Positions 10,991-22,637 of a DNA stretch of 64,000 bases are shown here, one piece after another. Every line of letters begins with the position of its first letter. The first letter of the stretch is position 1. The stretch covers positions 1,550,001 to 1,614,000 of the forward strand of contig ML978125.1 of the NCBI GenBank assembly GCA_010015805.1, written 5' to 3'. This DNA is from Rhizodiscina lignyota. Taxonomy: Eukaryota. The notes beneath the pieces are model-generated. The model saw only the letters and a list, made by a program, of their open reading frames with translations, had not been told where the DNA came from and made no database searches. The translations under genes were made by a program, and so were the position numbers.

Positions 10991-11566
10991 ATGAAGTCTT
11001 TCGCTGCCATCGCTATTCTTTCCCTCCTCCCAACCATCACTCTCGCTGCACCCTTCACCATCGAGCGCCGCCAGCAGATCTCTCAGAGCGACATCCACAA
11101 TGCTATCAACAAATGGGCCCACGACACCTCTCTCGTGAGCGGCTTCCTTGACAAGGCCGCCGACCCCGCCAACTTCAATAACGATGACGACCAGTTCAAG
11201 ATAGAGGCAGCGAGTGCATTGATGAGCGAGCTGGACGAGAAAAAACAAAAGGCCATACTCGACGAGGCGTTTGGGACGAGCAACCCCCTTGTCAACCAGG
11301 CAAACCAGACGCTGATCGGCCAAGGGACGTTCCAGACCGTCGTGAACCTCCTGACGGAACTAGCGAATACTGGGCTGACCGCGGTCGCGACCGATGTTAC
11401 CGAGATCAACGAGGATCGTTGCACATTTGTTCTCCCTGCCATCGATACGTATCTGCAACAGGCTGTCCTGCTCGAGCAGTCCGAGTTCGGTTTTTCTGAC
11501 GCTACTGCGGACGCTGGTGCCGCCAGAACAGAGGCTTGCGCGCTGCTTGCGGCCAGTGCCAATTAA
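10991..11566 (+). CDS. Small acidic secreted protein of unknown function (191 aa)
   Basis: ATG in AAAATG context. Signal peptide MKSFAAIAILSLLPTITLA, Kex2-like ERR site, coding-like codon usage, two Cys. Confidence 0.8.
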   Translation: MKSFAAIAILSLLPTITLAAPFTIERRQQISQSDIHNAINKWAHDTSLVSGFLDKAADPANFNNDDDQFKIEAASALMSELDEKKQKAILDEAFGTSNPLVNQANQTLIGQGTFQTVVNLLTELANTGLTAVATDVTEINEDRCTFVLPAIDTYLQQAVLLEQSEFGFSDATADAGAARTEACALLAASAN

Positions 11567-11822
11567 TGGTGTCCCAGGGGTAGAAGATTGATGGGCAGAA
11601 GGAGGAGGTTGTACTAGGCTTCTTGCCTACGACATTCATTTCAAATGCATAGCGACTGGCAGTCCGGAGTCTTTCTTTTTGGATTTTGGGGTTCCGATCA
11701 CACACTCATTTGTGCTTTTGCTTTCACTCCTTAGCGGCAAACATCAATTCCAAGGTAAAACTAAGAAAACCAATATAATGTGTCATTTTTGAAGCACTTC
11801 ATTGCAGCCTATTGTTAGCAGT

Positions 11823-12614
11823 CTAGCAGAATTCTTCACTGCATGTGCCGGGCCACACATACATCCCTTCCTGCAGATCCCGCACAATCGTCTCGTTCAA
11901 ATCGAACCACCTCCTCAGCTGCGGCTCCGGCCCGCTCCGCTTGCTGATTAGAGACGCCACCAAGGTGCCGAACACGAGGCCCCCCTCGTTGTTCAGGTGC
12001 GTCGTGTCATTCGGTATCCGGTTGTACGTCCACGCGTCAGCCTGGCCAATGGCGTCCAAGTACGTCTGGCTCGCCAGATTCAGGTCAATCCATGGCGCGT
12101 GGACTGCCTTTGCTGCGGCGATCGTCTGCGTGCGCTGTTGCGCAAGATTTTCTACTATCATCGGAGGCGTGCTGTTATCGTACCCACGTCTGGACAACGG
12201 TGTCACGAGGATTGGCGTCGCGTGCGCTTTGAACACGTCCTTGGCCAGGCTCTCGAGGTTGGTGGTGTACTCCGCGAGACTGATGTTCGCGGCGGGCTTC
12301 TGGTCGTTGTGGCCGAACTGGATCGTCACGTAGCAGTCGTATTCCGCGGAGTGGTTGCGGACGTATGACAGAGTGCTGTCCCAGTCTCCACCAGCGACGA
12401 AGGACACGGTCGTGGCGCCATCGTGGCCTAGGTTCACGCCGGACGCAGGTGGCTTCAGGACTGAAAGGAAGCCATTGCCCCATCCGCCTCCGCCGGAGGA
12501 TTGGATCGCGGTCGTGGAATCGCCTGCAAGAGCGAAGAAGGGAGGTTTGTGTGGGTGAGGGAAGGATGATACGAAGGGTGCGAGAGCGGACAAGAGGAAG
12601 ATAACAGGAGACAT
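11823..12614 (-). CDS. Secreted SGNH/GDSL esterase, CE12 (rhamnogalacturonan/pectin acetylesterase-like)
   Basis: Signal peptide from MSPVIFLLSALAPFVSS. SGNH blocks LAGDSTT, GWG, G-ATT, IQFGHND and DTTH. Confidence 0.88.
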   Translation of the reverse strand: MSPVIFLLSALAPFVSSFPHPHKPPFFALAGDSTTAIQSSGGGGWGNGFLSVLKPPASGVNLGHDGATTVSFVAGGDWDSTLSYVRNHSAEYDCYVTIQFGHNDQKPAANISLAEYTTNLESLAKDVFKAHATPILVTPLSRRGYDNSTPPMIVENLAQQRTQTIAAAKAVHAPWIDLNLASQTYLDAIGQADAWTYNRIPNDTTHLNNEGGLVFGTLVASLISKRSGPEPQLRRWFDLNETIVRDLQEGMYVWPGTCSEEFC

Positions 12615-13637
12615 TTTGCAATATTTCAACACAGACGATCTTAAGCTCTTTGTGCTGATCAAATACTTCACCTAAGTGATTGCGATTGCGCTGGTGTTAT
12701 TAATTAAAATCTTGGAGGAACGTGCCTGATCCTGCAGTGTGGACGATGGCATGATCCGCGCATCTGCGAGATACATATCTTCCGCCTATCCAGGGGGGTT
12801 CTTCTCGCGAAATTCCTAACTGTTCCTCTCTTCTCAGGATGGAGGAGGACACCCAAGCTGCAAGATGTAGATCCGGGGATGCGGAAGCGGAGAATCAGAA
12901 ATGGAGAGGGAGTCAAAGGAAGCTTTTCGGGGAAATAGCGACCGAAGAAATAGTCCATTTCAAAGCCATAAAAATGAATTGAAAGAAAGGAATTGCAGAG
13001 CATTAGGAATATGATAGGAGCATTGGAGAGTCTCTTGCGAATTGGCTGGGAGGAGATGGCATCCCGTCAGCCTTTCTACTTTTTAAGTATGTAGAGAAGT
13101 GCCATGAAGCCAATTACATCTTCGCAGAGAATCCCACCAATAATAGCAGCATCTTATCGTGTATCGTGTCGTAAAGGGCTGGAAACCTTGTGTACCTCGT
13201 AGAGAAGTCAAATGATACACGATTGGAGATATATCCTCCTCATGATAATGATAGTGAAGATGAACGTTTCAAATATCTCAGCCTGCCTCCTAGCTTAATG
13301 CCGATGGAGTCTCCTGTTTACCCGATGTTTTTGCGGTTTCATCTCATCCGAGATTCCTCCAATAACCAAAAACACCCCCTCCCGCTCGGCCAGCAACACT
13401 TATAGGAAAATAAAAAGTTTACAGACAGATACTGATGGGTATTTCATTTCTCAATCCGCGGTTGCTTCTCGATTAAATGAAGTTTGGATTGTGTAGAACG
13501 GCTTCAAGTGGTATCCTTCATATTTGGAGAATATATGAATGCCAAGACGTTTCAAACCCGAAGAAATCCCGGAAGCCATTTTCTGTTTGTGACATTCCGT
13601 AGTTCAGCCGCTAAGCGAGGCCTTTGATCACCACACA

Positions 13638-13647
13638 AATTCGACTT
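13638..13647 (+). promoter_or_regulatory. Taq-box-like element in the ribosomal protein promoter
   Basis: AATTCGACTT fits ARTTYGACTT, the consensus I recall for Neurospora ribosomal protein promoters (recalled, needs verification). A CTAAG site lies at 13611-13615. Confidence 0.3.
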
Positions 13648-13801
13648 CGAAAACTCCCTCTTAAGCAATTCAAGCATTTTGACACCACCGCCAACAGACC
13701 GCACTCAATCGCAAAGGTAGGTGGATTCTTTTCAGCGTTTTATTGAATGCATTGATATGCGTTTAATGCAAGTCCGTAAGCTAACAATGAGTGAACCACA
13801 G

Positions 13802-14665
13802 ATGGGTGCTCTCAAGTACGTCGAGGAGCTTCACAAGAAGAAGCAGTCTGATGTGCTGCGCTTCCTTCTTCGTGTCCGCTGCTGGGAGGTATGAGATACA
13901 CCGTTTTTCCAATTCTAGCACGCAGATGCTGCAGCTGCTCTCTGCGCTGCATTCCTGCCTTTGGTGTCACTCGTTGAACATTAGCTGAGAGTGCATCAAT
14001 TTTGCTAGCTCCGTCAACTCAACGTTATCCACCGCGCCTCCCGTCCATCTCGTCCCGACAAGGCCCGCCGCCTCGGATACAAGGCCAAGCAGGGTTATGT
14101 GATCTATCGTGTTCGTGTCCGCCGTGGCGGAAGGAAGAAGCCAGTGCCAAAGGGTGCTACGTACGGTATGTATAAACTCTCGCTGCATCGAGCCTCCAAT
14201 GCGTGGGAGTATGGCCCAGGGGCTAATAGGTTTCTTCAGGCAAACCCACCAACCAGGGTGTGAACCAGCTCAAGTACCAGCGCTCTCTGAAGTCCACCGC
14301 GGAAGAGCGTGTTGGCCGCCGCTGCGCCAATCTCCGCGTCCTCAACTCCTACTGGATCAACCAGGACTCCACCTACAAGTACTTTGAAGTCATTCTCGTC
14401 GATCCTCAGCATAAGGCTATCCGTCGTGATCCCCGCATCAACTGGATCGTCAAGGCTGTGCACAAGGTATGTCTCGAATTCGGCATTTGGATGTGAATTA
14501 CAGCACGACTAACCACCACAATAGCACCGCGAAGCTCGTGGCCTTACCGCAACTGGCAAGAAGTCCAGAGGTCTCAACAAAGGTCATCGCTACAACAAGA
14601 CCCATGCTGGACGCAGAAAGACCTGGAAGAGGCTCAACACTCTGTCTCTGTGGAGATACAGATAA
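13802..14665 (+). CDS. RPL15: 60S ribosomal protein eL15; coding introns 13889-14008, 14166-14239, 14467-14524, plus a 5'UTR intron 13717-13801
   Basis: Spliced product [60 protein letters not shown]...[21 protein letters not shown]...[17 protein letters not shown]...LSLWRYR*. Confidence 0.97.
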
Positions 14666-15276
14666 GCGCTTTGAAACAATGGCGATTGAAATGTGGTGTT
14701 CTCTTGCAATATGGCGTGCTCTGCGTCTGGGCGGGGATGTCGTACGGATCAAAATCGGTTTGCCGTGGCAGAATCAAAACTTCTTTGAACCATGCATAGT
14801 TTGAAATACAGAGGCCGTGGCTTCTGGTCATGTAACTTCCATGCTTTCCTTTGCGTGAGAAATCGTTCAATTGGGTGAAATGAGCCGGCTTGGCTAGCGA
14901 GTTATCGCGAAGTAGGCAGGCACGAAGACGTTCCTTCCACATCTGCGGTCTCACTGCGCGCGTATCGTCAAATTCGTCATTCTCGTTTCATTTGACTCCA
15001 CCTCAATCTTCTCTTTCATCCATCTCATCCCATTCCTTCGCTCCGCTGTCGTGATGATCTAGTGTTGAAGGCCATGTATCTTGCACTGTCACTGTACTAC
15101 GCGTCTTTCAGCGTTGTGCAATCTATGCATTGTCAAGACTTTGTGCCTCTGGACCTCTCTTCATCTAACGTACATCTGCCCTGTCCTCTGCACCAAGTCG
15201 CAAAGAAGCCGCGTCGGCTTCGCCCACGCAAACTAATCCGAAAGCTGCTTAAGCAAGCTCGCCCGCATCAGTCAGA

Positions 15277-17337
15277 ATGGCAGGCGGATCCGGACTATAT
15301 GATCCCTTTGATGCCAATGGCAGCAGCCAGCGCCGACTACCTAACGTCTTGGGACACGTCCGACGAGCTCGACGATCTCACTGCATAAGTCTCTCGATCT
15401 TGTTGATTTTTGTTGTCGGAGTTGTCTTGCGAATGAATTGGAACAAGGTTAGTCAGTTAGAGACAGCTATGATGAGAATTATCAGATGCTAAGCGGAATA
15501 GGTCCAGCTTAATACGCCTATTGAGTTGCCGCTTAAGTTCACCTACAGCTTCGCCTCCTGGAACCCAACGGCCGCAGAGGACATCGGCAGTGTGTCAAAC
15601 TCTACCTCGCCTTTGGCAACTACAACTTTCACGAGTGGTACTCCAACTACCAACAAGCCCAGCATAGTCAATACGGATTCATCTCAGCTTCGGAAGAAAA
15701 ATCCCCGCTTCCACTTGCTTATTCCGGCTACCAATAGCAACCCACAGCTCTGCAAAGCCCTGCTCTCTGCGTTCATCCTCAACTATCCGACTCCAACGTT
15801 CATCAACTGGAACAAGACCTTTAAGAATGACGACTGGGGAGTGAAATCACACATAGCAAAAATCCAGGGCGTTCATGATTTCTTGAGTAACGTCCATCAT
15901 GTTGGGGATGACGATCTGGTTTTAATCATCGACGGCTTTGACATCTTCTTCCAGCTGCCTCCAGACGTGATGATCAAATACTATGAAGCTCTGATTGCTC
16001 AGCAGAACCAATATCTGCTGAAGCGGTACGGTCATGTCGACGCTGATAACACCACATCTGGTCAACGTTTCAAACAATCAATTCTCTTTGCGGCAGACAA
16101 GATATGTTGGCCGAACTCTGCCACAAGCCCGGCTTGTGCCGCTGTTCCAGAATCATCATTGCCCACCGATGTCTATGGTCAGGATACCGATATCGATACC
16201 AAATCTTTCCATAACCGTCCTCGATTCTTGAACTCAGGTGCCGTCATAGGGCCAGCACAAAACATCAGAGACCTCTACAGCGCCGCTTTGAAGAGAGTTG
16301 AAAAGGACAAGTCTGGAGCTTGGAGCGATCAATACATCTTGGCAGCCATATGGGGTGAACAAGAGATCGTCCGGGAGCGCTCGATCGTGGCATTAACGGA
16401 CCAAGCTTTGCAAGCGTCCAAATGGCGCGCATTCAGATCCTCCAAAGCCAAATTGCGGGACATGCCAGTAGAAATGATTCTCAACTTCACTGTTGATCCT
16501 GATCAACATTACGATTACGGCATTGGCATCGACTACACGAGCAGTCTCTTCCAGACTATGACACACGCTGCCGACAAAGAAGTCGAGTTTGTCTTGTTCT
16601 CCAACAGTACTCAGGTCGGCTTGCTGCACAAAATCCGCCGGCGAATGTTGACTAAACTCCCCCCAGCACTTCTACAGTCAAAGAGGCCATTCGCCATTCA
16701 TGCCAATTCAAGTCTTATTCCATCAAGCGGCAATCTTGTCAACTATGCAGACTTTCCAAGTTCCCCGAGTATACACCCGCCATATCGTAAACTTGACAAG
16801 CTGCCGCCGCTCAACACATCGTGGAGTGATGTCCCACTTGCCTCGAACCTCTTCGCGTCATCGATACCATGTTTGCTGCACCTGAATGGGAATTTCAAGC
16901 CGCTGATGCAAGAATTCTGGGTGCGCATGTGGTATCATAATCACACGAGAGCTTTGCTACGGCAGTACATGCGGAAGAGCTTGGGCGCTGACAGCGTGCG
17001 AGCAGCAAGTTGGGGCGGACAGAACTGGTGGGATGAAAGAGGCGGTCGCGGCGGAGCGTGGACGGATCAAGGTGACTGGTTCGACTGGTCAGATATGTGT
17101 ATTGCTCCGGGTATTGGTAACAAGGGGAAAGAGGAGGATAAGGATAAGGATGGAGATCCCTCAGAGAAGGTAGATTGGGAAGTGGACATCTTTGGTGATA
17201 GACTCGGAGTCTGGGGCAAAGAGAAACTGGACTTGGAAGTGGGAGAAGGGAGGATTCTGAAAGACTGGGAAGCCCTAATGAACGAGAGGATCGCTGGAGA
17301 GAGCCAGATGGACGCGCAAGGTGAAGCCGTTGCATGA
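15277..17337 (+). CDS. Type II membrane protein with a putative GT-A-like glycosyltransferase domain; join(15277..15447,15502..17337)
   Basis: TM segment ISLSILLIFVVGVVL, GTTAGT..GCTAAG..TAG intron, Ser/Thr stem. Motifs DDDLVLIIDGFD, FAADKICWP, RFLNSG and SDQ resemble the PLOD/LH3-type GT domain. Confidence 0.7.
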
Positions 17338-18445
17338 GACGCCGTGCGGGAGGATGAGAGCCAGGACCTATTCGAGACTGCAAGCCAACTGAAGACGGGC
17401 TGAATATTAGATTAAAATGTGGCAAACTAGCGAAAGTTTATAATATGAAGGAGTATATGAACAGAATTGCTCATCATTGACACCGTGTTTGGACCAAAAG
17501 CTACCAAGCAGTTGGAATCTCGCTTCCCTCAAGATTAAAGCCGAGATCAACAAATGTATGCTTCTAGAAATGTTTAAGAGTTGATATTACCTTAGCCTCT
17601 AAAGGATACTCATATTTGCGGTCGAGTCGTACATATCCGTATGCTTGCGTATGTAATTGATGATCCGCTTATCCTAAATTGACTCCTTACTTTCTCGCTC
17701 TCACTCTCTCCTCCTCATCATTCAGCTTTGGAGAATTAAGAACCTAACAGGATCACCAATACCACGATCAGCCTCAGTATTCCTTGTGCCAATCAAGATC
17801 TCGTCTCCAGTTCTCCGTAACTCCAAAGTCACGACCCATAACACAAGCTTGATGTTGGCTGAGAACTCCTCGGTACGGCCTGGCCATCCGACCCTTTGGG
17901 CGTATCGGAAGACAAAACAATCTCTTTCCGAGCTGTTGCAGCATAAATTGACGTGACTATCTTTCCAGAACCAGCTGAGGTATTCAAGCGTGGCGCGCCT
18001 GTCACCACGACGTTTCGCGTCCCCTGAAGCGCGCGTGCGCCAAGGTCTGTTTCGCAGCACGAAGCGTCTCAACCTGCCGCATGATACACTTCCTCATACA
18101 TCAGCTCTCTCCCATCTGTTCTTTCTGCCCTGTGAGTGTTTGTACTGGCGCAATCCTTCGAATTATTACTCTTGGTGGAGAATTCCGGGCAGCGCAAAAT
18201 GCCAAACAACCTCGATATGCCAATGTGTCGAGGCCGAGTATCATATAACTGGGATTGGGGGTATTATGCTCGTGATGCTCAGCAGTTCCGTTGTGACGGG
18301 CCCGCTATTCCTATTTGATGGATCAGAGATGTTTGTATGATGGACCTTGAGGTACTAGGTCTCCCTTTCAAGTCATCTTCTCATTCCTTTCGCTCCCTTC
18401 CTGTCCTCCTCACTTCAGGATGATGTGGTTATTACCAAATTCGTA

Positions 18446-20017
18446 ATGCATCTCACGCCCATCGCTGGCCGAAATTACCGCTGTGCGGGTTGTCATTCGT
18501 TTAATTGCAATATTTTGCTATTGGTCTTATCGTTTCTCTCTTTTCTCGGTCAAGGCACCGCCTTAAGTTTGGAAAATATCCCCAAGTTCCCATCGCTTGG
18601 GGACCTCGATTCGGACTGCAGCGCTGTCTATACACAAACCATCCCCGACTGTTTAGCTCAGGATTTTGGACAAGGTGCACAATCATGCTCGACGCAATGT
18701 GTAGATGGCCTTGGGCCCATCATGTCGCTGTTCAGCCAGCAATGCGATCTCACAAAAATCAGCGGGGCAAGCGCGTTGGAAAATCTTCAGCCAGACCAGA
18801 TAGTGACCTATCTGTGCAACAACGCTGAGAATTCGCCTGCGTTGGTAGCCGCAACTACTGCGACTCCGTCCCTCCTCACCACCGTCCAAACTCTCGTCAC
18901 CACACAAGTCATCTTGTACACTCCAACACTATCTTCTCCATCTCCGCCGCCGAGCACAGCAGACTCTCCTCAAACGGTCACATCGATACGTACGAGCACA
19001 GTCACGGCTAACCCTGCTCTGGCCTCATATAGCTCCGGCCTCTCCTCCTACTCCTCCATGCTCTCTATGATGTCTGAAATGTCCATGATGAGCATGAGCA
19101 TGACTACCATCATAGCGACCACAACGCAAACTCAGGTCCTTCCATTACCAGACTCGGTCTCTAGCGCTTCTGGGGCATCTTTTCCCTCACCGTACGCTGC
19201 AGCATCAAGTTCGAGTCCAACCGTACCACCAGGCATGGCGGCCATGCCCAAATCCGCCATGCGACTCTCTGCAGGCGCCATCGCTGGCATCGTCATCGGA
19301 GCCGTGTCTCTCGTCGCGCTCATCCTTATCGGTGCTTACTTGTTCATCAGAAGGCGGCGCAAGCGCCAGCGCGAACAACAGCAAGCGAATACCAGCGGAG
19401 TGGACCCAAACGCTGCGGAATATTTCGGACCTAACCCGACAAACCCGTTCATGAGCGTGAGGAGAAATGCGCCACGAATCCCGCGGCCAGACACAGGGCA
19501 GTGGGACTGGGCCGCCGCAGTGGTAGCGCCGAGTAGAAATACCAGTACATCGTCGAGGAGAAATGCGGTTGCTGCGGGACCGATCCCAAGGAACCCATTT
19601 GAGGATGTGAGCAGCAGTGGATCTGAGCGATCTCTAGGGAGTGACAGTCAGAGTATGGAATCGGAGGAGTGGAGCCAAGTGAGCCCGAGAGGCACGAGGA
19701 TCTTTGACGGGGAGAGCGTTGTGAGCCGAAACTTCAGTAGAAAAGGCACTTCGAGTAGCAGATCCGGGAGTCAAGGTAGCCGAGCAGCCAGCAAGAGCAG
19801 CAGAGGAGGGGAAAAGTCAACTCGAGATGAGGATGCAGACTTGTCGAGGAAGAGCAGCGTACGTGTGAGAAGATCGCAAGTCGAATTGCTGCAGCGTGAT
19901 AGCTTGCCAGAGAATCTGGGGAAGCTGAATCGCTGGTTATCTCTGAATCGGGAGAGGGAGAGGATTGGAGGTTGGCCATTGGAGGCGACGGAGGGCGAAA
20001 AGGGAACTGGAGCCTAA
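18446..20017 (+). CDS. Type I single-pass surface protein (Mid2/Wsc-like architecture) with a 6-Cys ectodomain
   Basis: Hydrophobic signal region, Cys-rich domain, long Ser/Thr stalk, TM AGAIAGIVIGAVSLVALILIGAYLFI followed by RRRRKRQR, and a Ser/Arg-rich cytoplasmic tail. Confidence 0.8.
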   Translation: MHLTPIAGRNYRCAGCHSFNCNILLLVLSFLSFLGQGTALSLENIPKFPSLGDLDSDCSAVYTQTIPDCLAQDFGQGAQSCSTQCVDGLGPIMSLFSQQCDLTKISGASALENLQPDQIVTYLCNNAENSPALVAATTATPSLLTTVQTLVTTQVILYTPTLSSPSPPPSTADSPQTVTSIRTSTVTANPALASYSSGLSSYSSMLSMMSEMSMMSMSMTTIIATTTQTQVLPLPDSVSSASGASFPSPYAAASSSSPTVPPGMAAMPKSAMRLSAGAIAGIVIGAVSLVALILIGAYLFIRRRRKRQREQQQANTSGVDPNAAEYFGPNPTNPFMSVRRNAPRIPRPDTGQWDWAAAVVAPSRNTSTSSRRNAVAAGPIPRNPFEDVSSSGSERSLGSDSQSMESEEWSQVSPRGTRIFDGESVVSRNFSRKGTSSSRSGSQGSRAASKSSRGGEKSTRDEDADLSRKSSVRVRRSQVELLQRDSLPENLGKLNRWLSLNRERERIGGWPLEATEGEKGTGA

Positions 20018-20102
20018 TACTTAAATACCCACTGGCTTCGTAGCTAACGACACGAAAGACGTCCGATAAGGCGATGGGGCTTTTACCTTTTCGCGTTCAT
20101 TC

Positions 20103-20280
20103 ATGGATTCGCTTTTTATTTGCAATTGCACTTGCGCCATTATTTGATCGGCCTTGTATCTCCCCAACCACGCTCCTGTCCACGATGATGTAAAGAAGTT
20201 CCCATGCTCCAATTGTGGCCAAGTTTTCGGTACGGCGAAGCTCAGAAACGGTTATTTCCGCCGCGTTGAGCACAAACCTG
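20103..20280 (+). pseudogene. Degenerate tandem C2H2 zinc-finger relic
   Basis: MDSLFICNCTCAII*SALYLPNHAPVH-DDVKK-FPCSNCGQVFGTAKLRNGYFRRVEH. In-frame TGA at 20145 and Tyr at the expected first His of finger 2. Confidence 0.35.
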
Positions 20281-20693
20281 GTTGTAAGCATCTTTATATT
20301 TCGGTCTTGATCATCATCATCATCAGAGTGGCCCGTACAGCATCACCGGGACTCAGTGCAGTGATTGGAGAATTCCATGAGGCTGGGGTAAGAAAGGAGG
20401 TTCTCGGTTCTTCTCCGTCTCGCATATGCGGTGCCGGTCGTGTACGTATTGTCGTCTCAATACCCTTTTATCTATCTATCTTTTGCCAAGTCTTTCGCCA
20501 GATGCACGACAGGATGCTCAGTGACCATGGCCTTGGGATTTTGAACAGCACAGATCCATTCTTTATTATTTCGTTATATATCAATGGACTGAGCCACTAG
20601 TCATCATTCCAATCATATAATCTCTATCCTCTTTGCTCCAGCATCACGCACCGTCCGCTTATGGTGCTTCCAGGAGCTGAAGTGGTCGCACGG

Positions 20694-22637
20694 TCAATCG
20701 CTGAAGCCTTCGAATTCGTCGTCGCCATCAGCATTTCGTTTTCGCACTTCGGCTATCATTGAACCCAGCTTCTCTTTCTCTAGACGCTGTTCGGCGGTGA
20801 GGTTTGCATCGTGCTCCTTCTCACGTTTCACTCGTTTCTTGTCCCGTCGCGCTTCCCGGGTGGCTTTCTGCTCTTTCTTCTCACTCCATGACTGCCCTTC
20901 TCGTTTCCTGCCAGTGTGTCGATCTTCTGCATTGCCATTCGCGGCAACGTTGTCCTTGTTTTCTAATTCCTCTCGCCGTTTCTTTTCTTGTGCCTTGTCC
21001 TTGTATCCGAACTCCTTCCAGTCGATCTCCAGCCCAAGCTTTGAATCACCCGCCCAGCTCGGTGCCCCTTTAAGCTCAGGCATTTTCGGCATGCGAAGCA
21101 ACCCCCATCCTTTAGCTAGCTCATCCCAGTTCACTTCCTTTATCCGAAATATCGAGGCTGCGACATGTTTGCTGTATGCTCGGACCCAACTAACGAAAGC
21201 TCTCTGCGCTTTATCGTAGATCGCTCTATCGGTTTTGGCAATTGATCTAATCTTTGCTGTTGCTAAGTCGGCTTCATCGTCTCCAATTGTCATTGCATCC
21301 TTGCCCTTGACAAAATCCGAATCTAGCAGCGGCGCAACAGGCGTCTTGCGGACTGACAGGAAGGAAATGTAGTCTTCCTCATGACCAGGAGTGAGCATTA
21401 CGATAGCAAGACCCTTTCGTCCCGCTCGGCCAGCACGTCCACAACGATGGAGAAAAGCCTTCGGGTCTGACGGAGGATCAAGTTGGACGACAAGGTCAAC
21501 CGAGGGGATATCAAGACCTCGTGCGGCCAAATCGGTTGTGAGGAGTACTGTTGGAATAGTAGAGTTCACAAAGCGTGAGAAATTCTTGTTTCGTACTGTA
21601 GGTGGATGCTTCCCATGGAGAGGCACGAGTGCAATACCTGACTCCGGCGGAAATAGAGATGGCAAGACATGTTGAAAGTAATCAACTGCTGCACATGTTG
21701 ATACATAAACAATTGTCTTTTGGGGTTTGGGACGGATATTTGTGAGGATCTTTATCAGCGCGGGAAGTTTATGATGTGCCGGTTCAACCAGATATGTCAT
21801 TGCTAGACTTGCTGGAGTCCGCTGGTCTAGAGCACCGGACGTGCTTTTGACCTTGACAGACACTCGGACGGGGTTGCGGAGACCAACACGAATGAGTTGG
21901 TCAACAGCTTCCGAAACAGATGCTGAAAAGAGGCCAGTCCGTCGCTGTTTTGGCAGTCGTTGCAAGATTTTGGACAGGTCGTCAGAAAATCCAAGGTCGA
22001 GGAGTCGGTCAGCTTCATCGAGAACCAAGCAGTCGAAGGACGTTGAAGGAACGTGCACGTGAGGAGAGGAAAGCAGCTCGTTCAACCGACCGGGCGTGAC
22101 GATGAGGAGGTTAGGGGATGTGCGGAGGAAAGTCGATAGATCTTGAGCTGGAGGAGTAGCACCGCCAAGGAGGAGCTGTGGGATGATTCGAGACTCAGAG
22201 GAGGGAATATAGCGCGGCTGAGGATCCGCATCTGCCATTTCTGCATCCTCATCGTCTGGAGGTCTGAGCGCCGCTGCAGAGGCTGGGTGAAAGGCGAGCA
22301 GTGACAATAAGACTGAATGTATTTGCATGGCGAGCTCTCTCGTTGGTGATATAATTATCCCGGCAACATGATGCTTTTTGATCGGCTCTTCAGTCCGTAG
22401 AAGTCTCTCGATGATCGGGATCAAGAAGGACAGAGTCTTCCCGCTTCCTGTTACGGCTTCGACAACGACGTCCTTGTTGCCCATGTACAGAGGGATAGTA
22501 CTGGCCTGGACAGGAGTCATCCGGCTGAAGCCCATGCTTGATAGTGCGTCCAGTATCCATTCAGACAATGACGGCGTTAGCGCTTCCCAAGCTCTTGATG
22601 CCCCATTTGAGCCTGGCTTCGTGGCTCCTGGCGCCAT
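20694..22637 (-). CDS. SPB4: DEAD-box rRNA helicase Spb4 (60S biogenesis)
   Basis: Q motif [52 protein letters not shown], and the Spb4-type C-terminus [14 protein letters not shown]. Confidence 0.95.
   Translation of the reverse strand: MAPGATKPGSNGASRAWEALTPSLSEWILDALSSMGFSRMTPVQASTIPLYMGNKDVVVEAVTGSGKTLSFLIPIIERLLRTEEPIKKHHVAGIIISPTRELAMQIHSVLLSLLAFHPASAAALRPPDDEDAEMADADPQPRYIPSSESRIIPQLLLGGATPPAQDLSTFLRTSPNLLIVTPGRLNELLSSPHVHVPSTSFDCLVLDEADRLLDLGFSDDLSKILQRLPKQRRTGLFSASVSEAVDQLIRVGLRNPVRVSVKVKSTSGALDQRTPASLAMTYLVEPAHHKLPALIKILTNIRPKPQKTIVYVSTCAAVDYFQHVLPSLFPPESGIALVPLHGKHPPTVRNKNFSRFVNSTIPTVLLTTDLAARGLDIPSVDLVVQLDPPSDPKAFLHRCGRAGRAGRKGLAIVMLTPGHEEDYISFLSVRKTPVAPLLDSDFVKGKDAMTIGDDEADLATAKIRSIAKTDRAIYDKAQRAFVSWVRAYSKHVAASIFRIKEVNWDELAKGWGLLRMPKMPELKGAPSWAGDSKLGLEIDWKEFGYKDKAQEKKRREELENKDNVAANGNAEDRHTGRKREGQSWSEKKEQKATREARRDKKRVKREKEHDANLTAEQRLEKEKLGSMIAEVRKRNADGDDEFEGFSD

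Noticed and set aside
11823..12614. GDSL esterase as a substitute for ErdH
   Set aside because: It is a secreted SGNH/CE12 enzyme with pectin-type promoter motifs, a different fold from the ErdH alpha/beta-hydrolase.
15062..15388. 108-aa ORF overlapping the start of the GT-like gene
   Set aside because: No motif support. It could be a uORF, but the transcript start is unknown.
17722..18340. Short ORFs and a small hairpin between the GT-like and sensor genes
   Set aside because: No family similarity recognisable and no consistent splice model.
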